Assembly (NCBI GenBank): GCA_048940925.1
Contig: JBHLOC010000007.1
Location: 56,064 to 120,063, forward strand
Direction of reading: 5' to 3'
From: Promethearchaeota archaeon
Lineage (GTDB): Archaea > Asgardarchaeota > Lokiarchaeia > Sigyniarchaeales > SOKP01
Length of the DNA: 64,000 bases
In this document: positions 55,427 to 64,000 of the stretch, piece by piece
How positions within the stretch are numbered: position 1 is the first letter of the stretch
How the letters are laid out: each line of letters opens with the position of its first letter
Notes under the pieces: generated by a model
Database searches by the model: none
Told to the model about the DNA's origin: nothing
What the model saw: the letters and a program-made list of their open reading frames with translations, nothing else
Position numbers and translations under genes: made by a program

Positions 55427-56355
55427 TATTTATCTCGTAAAAAGAGCATTATTGCTTTTTGAATATGTAAACGATTTTCAGCCTGATCAAAAACTACTGA
55501 TTGAGGACCATCGATCACTTCACCTGTTTGCTCATATTCTCTCATTGCTGGTAAACAATTCATAAATATAGCATCTGACTTAGCAGCTTGCATCAGTGAG
55601 GATGTAACTTGATAGGACATAAAAGCTTTTTTTCGCTCTTCTTCTTGTTCTAATGGGATTCCATAACTCATCCAACTATCAGTATATATGACGTTGGCAT
55701 CTTCAGCAGCTTCTAAAGCATTATGGATTACTTTTACCTCTGCACCACTATTTTTTGAGAGTTCTAATACTTCTTCTATAACTGATTGCTCAGGTGAATA
55801 ATCAGATTTGTTAGGACAGGCAACATCCATCCTCAAACCAAACATAGCACTTATTCTCATTAAATCATAAGTTACATTATTATAAGCATCTCCAAAATAA
55901 GATAATTTAATATTATCAAATCGTCCTATTTTTTCTTTAATGGTTTGAAGGTCTCCAAGAATTTGGCATGGATGTGCAAAATCATCTAGCATATTAATGA
56001 CAGGAACATCTGAGTACTGTGCAAGTTCCCAAATGTCTTGTCTTTTAAAGACACGAGCAGCAATTAAATTAACAAATCGAGAAGCAACTTTCGCAGTATC
56101 GCTTATATTTTCCTTTTTACCTAATGGAGAATCTTTAATTGAATAAAAAATAGCATGACCCCCTAATTGTTGCATCCCTGTTTCAAACGATATTCGAGTT
56201 CTCAAAGATGGCTTTTCAAATAGCATCAAAAGTGTTTCTCCTTCCAAAAGTAAATTATACTTTTTAGGATTTTTCTTAATTTCAATTGATTTATTTATTA
56301 CCTTTTCACATTCTTCTTTTGAAAAATCTGAGACTTTTAATAGATGTCGTACCAT
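55423..56355 (-). CDS. argF: Ornithine carbamoyltransferase (probably catabolic)
   Basis: SLRTR, HPCQ, YTDSWMSY, NCLP and QAENRLH; carbamate kinase nearby. Confidence 0.93.
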   Translation of the reverse strand: MVRHLLKVSDFSKEECEKVINKSIEIKKNPKKYNLLLEGETLLMLFEKPSLRTRISFETGMQQLGGHAIFYSIKDSPLGKKENISDTAKVASRFVNLIAARVFKRQDIWELAQYSDVPVINMLDDFAHPCQILGDLQTIKEKIGRFDNIKLSYFGDAYNNVTYDLMRISAMFGLRMDVACPNKSDYSPEQSVIEEVLELSKNSGAEVKVIHNALEAAEDANVIYTDSWMSYGIPLEQEEERKKAFMSYQVTSSLMQAAKSDAIFMNCLPAMREYEQTGEVIDGPQSVVFDQAENRLHIQKAIMLFLRDKY

Positions 56356-56453
56356 TTCTGAATTCCTTTTTCAATTATTAATTATTATTAGATAGTAAAA
56401 GAAAATATCAAATTAAATTTACTATAGAGTTTTATTCCTATTTAATTTTATAT

Positions 56454-58076
56454 TTATAAATTGTGTTTTAATACTTTTCCTGGAAATTTTCGCTTTTGTT
56501 TATTATTATCAACAACAATAACGCCATTAACTATTACATAGGGAATGCCTTCAGGAAATTGATGGGGTTCTTCATAAGTTGCTTTATCAATTATAGTATC
56601 TGGATTAAAAATAACGATATCTGCCCAAAAATTTTCATGTATTAATCCACGATTATTTAATCCTAATCTTAATGCAGGAAATGAAGTCATTCTACGAATC
56701 GCATCCTCTAATGTCAACAGTTTTTCTTCTCTTACATATCTACCCAAAATACGGGGATATGTTCCGTAAAATCGAGGATGATATTTTCCTAAACTTGGTA
56801 TGTTTGGAATTCCTAAACCATCTGTTCCAACCATGTGATATCTTCCCGTCATAATTCTGCGAATATCTTCTTCTCCCATAGTTTCAAGTGTTACTGTTGA
56901 CCCACCCTCATCATCAATCAAAATCGAAAATATTGTCTCCCAATTATCTCTCAATCCTTTAATTTTTGTTATTTCAGGTATATTTTTACCTTCAATATCT
57001 TTCCATTTCTCCGAAACAACAGATGAAATGTAAATACTTTCGAATCCATTTCTCTTTATAAAATTTTCCCATCCTTCTATTGCTTTCTCTGTTTCTTCCT
57101 TAATTCTTTCTTGATTAATTTTTTCCTTTATCCGTTCAATTAATTTATCAGGACCACCCTCATGTACCCAAGGAGGAAGAATTGAACTTAAAGAAGTAAA
57201 TCCTCTATTATATGGATATTGATCATATGTAATACTAATTCCCCTATTATTTGCATCTTCAATTAGCTCTAATGTATCTTTACTCTTGCCCCAAGAGACT
57301 TTTCCCGAGATTTTATGGTGAGCGATATGTCCCCCTCTACATCTTGATTTTTCAACAATTTCAATAACTTCTTTAATTGCATCAATTATATCTTCTCCTT
57401 CATCGCGAATATGAGAAAAATATAATCCATCATACTGAGTAACAACTTTAGTTACTCCTATGATTTCTTCAGTCTTTGCGTAAACTTGTGGGGCATAGAT
57501 AAGACCAGTGCTCATGCCAAAAGCTCCTGCTTCCATCGCCTCTCTAACATATTCTTTCATCCTAGTAATCTCATTTGAAGTTGGAGGGCGATTCTCATAG
57601 CCAGGTCCGCCAGCAATTCGAATATTTTCAAATCCAACAACAGGTACTATATTTATAGCACAACGATCTTCTTCTAATTTCGTTATATACTCCCCAAACG
57701 TATTCCATGTGAATTCATAATCTTCATAAAGAGGAATTGTACGAGCAGAAAATTTTCGAAAATCTTCCATATATTCAGGAGGGATTGGAGCGAAACTACC
57801 TCCACACATCCCAATTACATTAGTAGTTATACCTTGATGTACAAAAGACTCCACTCTATTAAAAAGTGGCAAAATCATATCAGTATGAGAATGCATATCA
57901 ATGAAACCTGGACAAATTGTCATATCCTCTGCATCTATCTCTATGGATGCTGACTCCTTTATATTTGTTTTAATTTTCTTTATTTTTCCATCTTTAATTC
58001 CAATTTCTCCTTTATACCAAGGATTTCCTGTCCCATCAATTATTCTCCCCTTTTTAATTATAATATCAAGACTCAT
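56454..58076 (-). CDS. N-acyl-D-amino-acid deacylase family amidohydrolase
   Basis: PGFIDMHSHTD, STGLIYAP, SHIRDE, HPRFYGTYPR and ADIVIFNP motifs. Confidence 0.9.
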   Translation of the reverse strand: MSLDIIIKKGRIIDGTGNPWYKGEIGIKDGKIKKIKTNIKESASIEIDAEDMTICPGFIDMHSHTDMILPLFNRVESFVHQGITTNVIGMCGGSFAPIPPEYMEDFRKFSARTIPLYEDYEFTWNTFGEYITKLEEDRCAINIVPVVGFENIRIAGGPGYENRPPTSNEITRMKEYVREAMEAGAFGMSTGLIYAPQVYAKTEEIIGVTKVVTQYDGLYFSHIRDEGEDIIDAIKEVIEIVEKSRCRGGHIAHHKISGKVSWGKSKDTLELIEDANNRGISITYDQYPYNRGFTSLSSILPPWVHEGGPDKLIERIKEKINQERIKEETEKAIEGWENFIKRNGFESIYISSVVSEKWKDIEGKNIPEITKIKGLRDNWETIFSILIDDEGGSTVTLETMGEEDIRRIMTGRYHMVGTDGLGIPNIPSLGKYHPRFYGTYPRILGRYVREEKLLTLEDAIRRMTSFPALRLGLNNRGLIHENFWADIVIFNPDTIIDKATYEEPHQFPEGIPYVIVNGVIVVDNNKQKRKFPGKVLKHNL

Positions 58077-58102
58077 TTTTATTCTACTTATTTCTTTTAT
58101 TT

Positions 58103-59269
58103 TTATTTTAATTCTTCTTCTGCACTAAAATCACGAGAATAGGAAAGAGATTCTAAAATTTCTTTATCGTGTGAAATTAGTTTTCCTGTTAGAAGACGGC
58201 TTAAAAGTTCTCCCAAACCAGGTCCTAACATAAATCCTTGACCACACATTCCAACTGCATTGATATAACCCTCTAATTTTGCAACTTGTCCGATAATTGG
58301 GTTACCATCTGGCGTCATCGGATATAAACCTCGCCAAGTTCTTCTTACTTTAACATTTTTTAAGCGAGGGATCAGTTTTATCATTCTCTTTGAAATCTGA
58401 GGTAAAAAAGAACTAGTTTCACGACGATCTACTCCGGGAATTGTTGGTTCAGGAGTTAAACAAAAGATTATTTTTCCTTCTTTATTTTGATAAAAATAAT
58501 AATTGCTAGAATCACCAAATTTTGGATCAGAATAAGGTCTAATATCTACAATCATTGGTGAAAAGATTTTCTTTACTGGCTCTGTTATTCCCGCTTCATG
58601 TGATTCTGGTTCTACGGGAATAGAGATACCCACCATATTACCTATATCTTTAGCGTGAGCTCCCGCAGCATTAATTATATTTTTTGTATTATATTGACCT
58701 TGTGTAGTTTTAACATTAAACATTTTATCATTTTTAGCCATAATATCAATAACTTTCTCATTAAAAAGATATTCAGCACCATAGTTTTTAGATTGTCTGT
58801 AGAAAGCGTGTAAAGCTAATAATGGTGAAGCATTTCCATCCTCGGGGCTATAAGTACCCCCTAATAACCCATTATCATTTATACCAGGGATAATTTGCTT
58901 GATTTTCTCAGCATCAACAAAATTGATGTTTAATCCATAACTTTTTTGAAGTTGAACAGTTTCTCGCAATAATCTATTATCATTTTCTGTATATGCTAAG
59001 AAAGTATAACCTCCTTGATTCCACCATATATCATCACCGAACTTTTCTTCCCATGTAGAAAATATTTCTATTGATTTTTGACATAACCATATCTTTCCTT
59101 TGTGGGAATGAGTTGCTCTAATACCACCAATTGCATGTTTATTATCAGCTTGAGCTACAGAGGGCAATGAATCAATGACCAAAGTTTTAAGTCCATCATT
59201 TGCCATAGCTAAAGCTGTTGGAACACCTACACTTCCAGCACCGATAATTATAACATCATATTCAACCAT
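58103..59269 (-). CDS. FAD-dependent oxidoreductase, proline dehydrogenase / sarcosine oxidase beta-subunit-like
   Basis: IIGAGSVG, INAAGAHA, GLYPMTPDGNPIIG and GQGFMLGP; translationally coupled to the upstream gene. Confidence 0.85.
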   Translation of the reverse strand: MVEYDVIIIGAGSVGVPTALAMANDGLKTLVIDSLPSVAQADNKHAIGGIRATHSHKGKIWLCQKSIEIFSTWEEKFGDDIWWNQGGYTFLAYTENDNRLLRETVQLQKSYGLNINFVDAEKIKQIIPGINDNGLLGGTYSPEDGNASPLLALHAFYRQSKNYGAEYLFNEKVIDIMAKNDKMFNVKTTQGQYNTKNIINAAGAHAKDIGNMVGISIPVEPESHEAGITEPVKKIFSPMIVDIRPYSDPKFGDSSNYYFYQNKEGKIIFCLTPEPTIPGVDRRETSSFLPQISKRMIKLIPRLKNVKVRRTWRGLYPMTPDGNPIIGQVAKLEGYINAVGMCGQGFMLGPGLGELLSRLLTGKLISHDKEILESLSYSRDFSAEEELK

Positions 59270-61354
59270 TCAGAAGTCCTCCTTCTTATCTTTAACATTA
59301 GCAAAGATGCCCATAGGAACTTCAATAAATAACGGACGATTTGTTCCAGGAATAACATCTTGAGGAGATATTCCTTCTTCTTGAAATATTAATTCAATTA
59401 AAGGAGTACATGTTTTACCTCCACAAGCACCCATTCCAACCTTAGTGAGTGCTTTTAATTCATTGAAATCTCTAACACCTAACTTAATCCACTTTCTGAT
59501 TTCTCCAACTGATACACGTTCACATCTACATACAATTATATCATCGTCAGTAGAAGATTTCTGATATAATTCTATAGGTTCACTATAACGGGTTTTATAT
59601 AATTTAATTGCTACAGCTTGCTTAGCTATTTCTAAAGGCAATTGAACAGTTATTAATTGAGTTTTAGGAAATTCTTTTAATATTCGTGATCTATATATTT
59701 TAAATTCTCCCAATTCTCTCTTATTACTTACTACTACAACTTTTTCTCCTTTATTTAATTTCTTATTTGTTAGTTCAAGGGGAAATGTTACTAATGGATT
59801 AGCTTTATCTTTTCTATAATCCATTAAAACAACTGCTAATCCAGGGCAAACTGCAACACATTTCCCACACCCAATACAATCTTTCTCACCCTTGAAATAT
59901 GGTAATTGTGTAATGAGATTATCGATAGTTTCAATTTGTTCTTGGGGACAAACGGATGTGCATGGATTGCAAGGAATTTCCTGATCACAATAAAAAACAG
60001 GATAAATTGATTCTTCTTTAAATGAAATATCGGATTTTATTGGTTGAGAGGGTTTAGCTTTCATTATATCCGCAAGTTTTTGAAGTTCATCAACATTTTC
60101 AGAAATTTTAATACCCATTTCTTTTAGGATTTTTAAAGCTTCAATTTTACCTGTAAAAATCGCGGCAGAAGCTTCTGCGATTTCTTGAGCATCACCAGCT
60201 ACCCAAACTTTAAATCCAAATTCTCTTGCTTTATGATAAAATTCATTTACAGGATTTAACCCAACTGCAATCAAGATAGTGTCGCATGGATATGTTCGTT
60301 CAGTTCCAGAAATGATATTAAAATTATTATCAAGTTGACCAATAGTAATAGATTCTACTTCATTATTTCCATTAGCAGAAATAATTGTATGATTAGTATA
60401 AATTGGTACACCTAACCGTCTTAATTTATCTTCATGAACCTTATATCCACCACACTGAGGTAATGCTTCAATCAATCCTATTACTTCTATTCCTGCTTGG
60501 ATAGCATGATATCCCGCTATTAATCCTACATTACCTCCTCCTATTATAAAAATTTTGTCAGCTGCTTTAATCAAATCTCGATTTACTAAAGTTTGAAATG
60601 CACCAGCACCATATACTCCAGGAAGAGTATTCCCTGGAAAGACCAACATTTTTTCCCTAGCACCAGTTGCAATTAACAAATAACTTGGTTTTACAAGAAT
60701 ATATTCCTCGTTATTTTTTAAAATTCCCACAAAACCATCACTAAAAACTGCCAAACAAACACTATTTTTCCAGATTTTAATATTTGATAAAGATTTTACC
60801 GATTCACCCAGGATTTTCGCAATTTCAATACCACGTTTACCGGCATAAACATCTTCTTGTGATCCAAAAAATTTATGTGTCTGAAGAACTAATTTTCCCC
60901 CAAGTCTACTCTTATCATCTATTAAAATAACCTGAACTTTATAATCTCCTAAAGCTTGAGTTGCTGATAATCCAGCTGGTCCTGCACCTATTACAAGGAC
61001 TTCAGTATTAATAATTTTTGGATCTCCTACACTCACAGCATTGTTTATTGGAGGTAATTCTGGTAGACCATTACAACTTTCAATAACCATACCTTCTTTA
61101 AGGAATCTCATGCATGCTTTTACGGGAATACCATCTGCTATAACATTGCATTGTGCGCACTGTCCATTGGCACAAAACATTCCCTGTGAACTATTATCTT
61201 TTACATGGTGACCGAAAATTTTAATTTTATTAAGAAAAAGGGCAGAAGATATAACTAATCCTTCAAATCCAGTTAATTCTTGCCCATCAAAACTAAAATT
61301 TATCTTTTTTCTTTTTGGTGTCTCTATAATAGGATGTTTTGTTATGTCTTCCAT
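59270..61354 (-). CDS. Fe-S flavoprotein, proline dehydrogenase / sarcosine oxidase alpha-subunit-like fusion
   Basis: N-terminal 2Fe-2S (CANGQCAQC), GAGPAG, ATGARE, 2x4Fe-4S (CNPCTSVCP, CIGCGKCVAVCP) and C-terminal BFD-like CRCE...GACGGKTC. Confidence 0.85.
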   Translation of the reverse strand: MEDITKHPIIETPKRKKINFSFDGQELTGFEGLVISSALFLNKIKIFGHHVKDNSSQGMFCANGQCAQCNVIADGIPVKACMRFLKEGMVIESCNGLPELPPINNAVSVGDPKIINTEVLVIGAGPAGLSATQALGDYKVQVILIDDKSRLGGKLVLQTHKFFGSQEDVYAGKRGIEIAKILGESVKSLSNIKIWKNSVCLAVFSDGFVGILKNNEEYILVKPSYLLIATGAREKMLVFPGNTLPGVYGAGAFQTLVNRDLIKAADKIFIIGGGNVGLIAGYHAIQAGIEVIGLIEALPQCGGYKVHEDKLRRLGVPIYTNHTIISANGNNEVESITIGQLDNNFNIISGTERTYPCDTILIAVGLNPVNEFYHKAREFGFKVWVAGDAQEIAEASAAIFTGKIEALKILKEMGIKISENVDELQKLADIMKAKPSQPIKSDISFKEESIYPVFYCDQEIPCNPCTSVCPQEQIETIDNLITQLPYFKGEKDCIGCGKCVAVCPGLAVVLMDYRKDKANPLVTFPLELTNKKLNKGEKVVVVSNKRELGEFKIYRSRILKEFPKTQLITVQLPLEIAKQAVAIKLYKTRYSEPIELYQKSSTDDDIIVCRCERVSVGEIRKWIKLGVRDFNELKALTKVGMGACGGKTCTPLIELIFQEEGISPQDVIPGTNRPLFIEVPMGIFANVKDKKEDF

Positions 61355-61391
61355 AAAGAATCTAAATTAAAATTGTTAAGATTATTATTAT

Positions 61392-63572
61392 TCATTGATA
61401 AGGTTTTATGAAGTTTATTACATCATCATAATCAATTCCTAATTCTTTGACTTTTTCAATTGTCGGACATCCTTTCTGATTCCAACCACGTTCTTTATAA
61501 ACAGCATCTTGAAGCTGTGAATATTGCTCTTCACGATATTTTCGAAGAATTTTTATCTTTTCTTTTGTAGTTTTATTAATTATATCAATTCCTAATTCTT
61601 TGAGTTTATTATCATATCTTTCTTGACGACTTTCATATTCTAGTGATAAAACGGGACCCATTGATCGATATGGCAAATTAGAATCATCTTCTCTTAACCC
61701 ATGTCCTAGTCTAATATTAAAAATTCTTTGAAAGTTGTAAACTCTTTCGGACATTTTAATGAGATCATTTGGAACAGATTTTCTTCCCGTAACTGCTGAA
61801 AAATATTTTGCATACCATTCAACATGGTCAGGAACTTTTGCACGAACTAATTCTCCTGTCTTTGGATCTTTAATTGGATAATCATTTTGAGATTCTGGTT
61901 GTATATCATTCCAGGGAAGTTTACAAAGTCCAGCAAGACTAAACCAAGTTCGCCATAATGGAAACCAACGAAGAGCTTTTGCTTTATCCTCAAAACTAGG
62001 GATAGAATTCCGAATCATATCTTCAAAAATTAACCAGGCTTCATCATGTTGAGGTCCTTTATTAGTCAACCCATATCCAGCTTGTTGTGCTAAAGATTCT
62101 TTTGTCATATATTCAGAAAATTCCAAACCCTTATGTTCCATTCCAATATCTTGTAAGAATTGGGGATCAGCACCGTATTTTTCTATGAAGATTTTTTTCA
62201 TTTCTCGGATTCCTTGACCTACTATAACTCCAAAACCTTTCCCTTTAGCCATTTGATGTATTAGTTCTAATGCTTCTTTCGCGTTCCCAAAATTAAGTTC
62301 TAAACCACCAGTAATCTCATTATTCAATATACCTTCTTCATAACATTCCATTACAAATGCAATACCTGTACCAACAGATATTGTATCTAAACCATAGGTG
62401 TCACAATAAAAATTAACTTCTAATACCCATTTTGGATCCCATACTCCCCAATTTGAACCACATCCAGCAATAGTTTCATATTCTGGCCCATCAACAATAA
62501 CTTTTTCGCCTTTAAAAGGACCAGTTAAAACAGTATGATTTTCGCTATAATGAGAACAACTAACCGTGCAGCCAAGCCAACATCCATCCGCTCCTTCTCT
62601 CCCAGAATAGATATTTCTCATAACTTCACGACTATAGGGAATATTTTTACCACTAATTTCTTTATGCATTCCAAAACGAAAATTTTCAGTTGGCAAAAGA
62701 TCAGTCACATTCATTATATCTGGAAGGTGCCCAGTCCCTACTCTCCGCATTTCATTTTGCTTCGGATCAAGTTTTATGATTTCTTGACTATGGATTTTTC
62801 CTAATTCTCTAGCCGTTACTAAATCTGCTGGGTTATTTGAGTTAATTGATACTTTGGGTGTTAAGCATAATAATGCTTTGAGATTTTTATCTTTAAATAC
62901 AGTCCCAATCCCTCCTCGTCCTGCTTGTTTAGAAGAAGCCCAATTTCGAATAGGAACAAACCAAGAAAAATTGAGCATTCCCCATTTAGTATTTTTTGCA
63001 GCAGGTCCCGAACTCACTACTGAAACACGTTGTTTTTCTCGCTCATCTGAAGCATAATTTTCAGTAAGCTGTTGAGTAAGTTTATGAGAATATTCTGAAA
63101 GTCCTTCTGACTTTTCAACACTTTTTATTTGAACTACTCCTTTTATACCATCTATAAATATTATTACCTCATTAGATGCTTTTCCTTGAATTTCTAACGC
63201 ATCAAAACCAGAAAATTTGAGAAATGGCCCAAAATATCCTCCAACATTCGAATCAATAATTATACCCGTTAAAGGTGAGATAGATGTAACGATAGATTTA
63301 CCGGATCCTGGATAGAAAATACTACCTCCTAATGGACCAGAGGAAATGCATATTTCATTTTCGGGATCATCCCACTTTACTATCTTATCTTTAGGAAGAG
63401 AATTCCACATTAACCATAAATCAAAACCCTTACCACCGGTGAATTTTTCTTTCATTTCAACGGTGACCGGTTTTATTTGTATCTTATTTTGGGAAAGATT
63501 AATATATAAGGTTCTATTGACATAGCCCTTCTGGATTTCGTCGGATTCATATCTTTCTTCTGCTAAAATCAT
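61392..63572 (-). CDS. Aldehyde:ferredoxin oxidoreductase family (tungsten-pterin) enzyme
   Basis: SPLTG...DSNVGG, AGRGGIG, CWLGCTVSC, GPEYET, DTYGLDTIS, GLCK and RGW motifs. Confidence 0.92.
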   Translation of the reverse strand: MILAEERYESDEIQKGYVNRTLYINLSQNKIQIKPVTVEMKEKFTGGKGFDLWLMWNSLPKDKIVKWDDPENEICISSGPLGGSIFYPGSGKSIVTSISPLTGIIIDSNVGGYFGPFLKFSGFDALEIQGKASNEVIIFIDGIKGVVQIKSVEKSEGLSEYSHKLTQQLTENYASDEREKQRVSVVSSGPAAKNTKWGMLNFSWFVPIRNWASSKQAGRGGIGTVFKDKNLKALLCLTPKVSINSNNPADLVTARELGKIHSQEIIKLDPKQNEMRRVGTGHLPDIMNVTDLLPTENFRFGMHKEISGKNIPYSREVMRNIYSGREGADGCWLGCTVSCSHYSENHTVLTGPFKGEKVIVDGPEYETIAGCGSNWGVWDPKWVLEVNFYCDTYGLDTISVGTGIAFVMECYEEGILNNEITGGLELNFGNAKEALELIHQMAKGKGFGVIVGQGIREMKKIFIEKYGADPQFLQDIGMEHKGLEFSEYMTKESLAQQAGYGLTNKGPQHDEAWLIFEDMIRNSIPSFEDKAKALRWFPLWRTWFSLAGLCKLPWNDIQPESQNDYPIKDPKTGELVRAKVPDHVEWYAKYFSAVTGRKSVPNDLIKMSERVYNFQRIFNIRLGHGLREDDSNLPYRSMGPVLSLEYESRQERYDNKLKELGIDIINKTTKEKIKILRKYREEQYSQLQDAVYKERGWNQKGCPTIEKVKELGIDYDDVINFIKPYQ

Positions 63573-63724
63573 CGAGCTTCACTTCAATTTAGAATAATAC
63601 GTCAAAATTATAAATTTGATTATAGATGAGTTAATGAGACTTTAGAAATAAATTTTATTTAAATGAATTTAAAAAAGAAATATAAAAAATAGATTCAGGA
63701 TGTTTTATTCTGAATAGGGTTTTT

Positions 63725-64000
63725 TTAAATCATACTAACTAGCTCTTTAGCCCATTTACGAATCTTATCCCAATTTCTTGAATCGTAAACTCCTGGCTCT
63801 GTTTCTTTAAATCCTGCCGGTATGAAATTGTCTTTATCTGCTTCGAGGAATTTTCTATAAATTTTACCCATCTGATTATAATCCCAGATACCTCCAAACA
63901 TGGTCATAGAGATTGGATTCAAATCATATTTAGAAGCTTTATCTTCAAGATATTTTTTAGTAATTCTCTTTATTTCATCATATTCTCCTTTATATTCCAT
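63725..64000 (-). CDS. Partial flavodoxin-domain protein (HemG/Flavodoxin_5-like), N-terminus outside the window
   Basis: MFGGIWDY...DSRNWDKIRKWAKEL C-terminal signature; the frame is open to the window edge. Confidence 0.7.
   Translation of the reverse strand: MEYKGEYDEIKRITKKYLEDKASKYDLNPISMTMFGGIWDYNQMGKIYRKFLEADKDNFIPAGFKETEPGVYDSRNWDKIRKWAKELVSMI

Noticed and set aside
389-63057. Numerous 60-120 aa ORFs in the track overlapping larger genes (e.g. 4404, 8007, 9886, 40667, 48044, 62535)
   Set aside because: They are antisense or off-frame shadows of well-supported genes and have no recognisable motifs.

Overview
AT-rich archaeal DNA, most likely from a Lokiarchaeia (Promethearchaeia, Asgard) genome. 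The evidence is Loki-CTERM-like C-terminal anchors, longin/uDENN-like domains, a TPR plus Zn-finger protein and PCI-like winged helices. There are three blocks. (1) 1-13.2 kb: mixed enzymes (GNATs, SDRs, HypB, a TPP enzyme) and anchored surface proteins. (2) 13.6-37.1 kb: an essentially co-oriented cluster with five membrane proteins that each end in a cytoplasmic TIR domain retaining the catalytic-position Glu. Four are single-pass receptors with shuffled ectodomains (beta-helix, 7-bladed propeller, Ig-like stalks) and one is polytopic. They are followed by a RelA/SpoT-like + TPR + SLOG-like + longin-like protein. This is the main finding: a candidate Toll-like-receptor-style / Thoeris-like nucleotide signalling system triggered from the cell surface. 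(3) 37.2-64 kb: amino-acid fermentation genes, namely lysine fermentation (kat, kce, kdd, kamA, kamB, kamD, kamE), TldD/PmbA, rocD, carbamate kinase, OTC, D-aminoacylase, a proline-dehydrogenase/sarcosine-oxidase-like pair and an AOR. Features missing from the ORF track include a GNAT pseudogene, a GH94 phosphorylase remnant, a 55-aa Cys-rich ORF and a partial uDENN/longin-like gene at the left edge. I saw no rRNA, tRNA, CRISPR array or transposase. All domain calls come from motif recognition by eye; no database searches were run.
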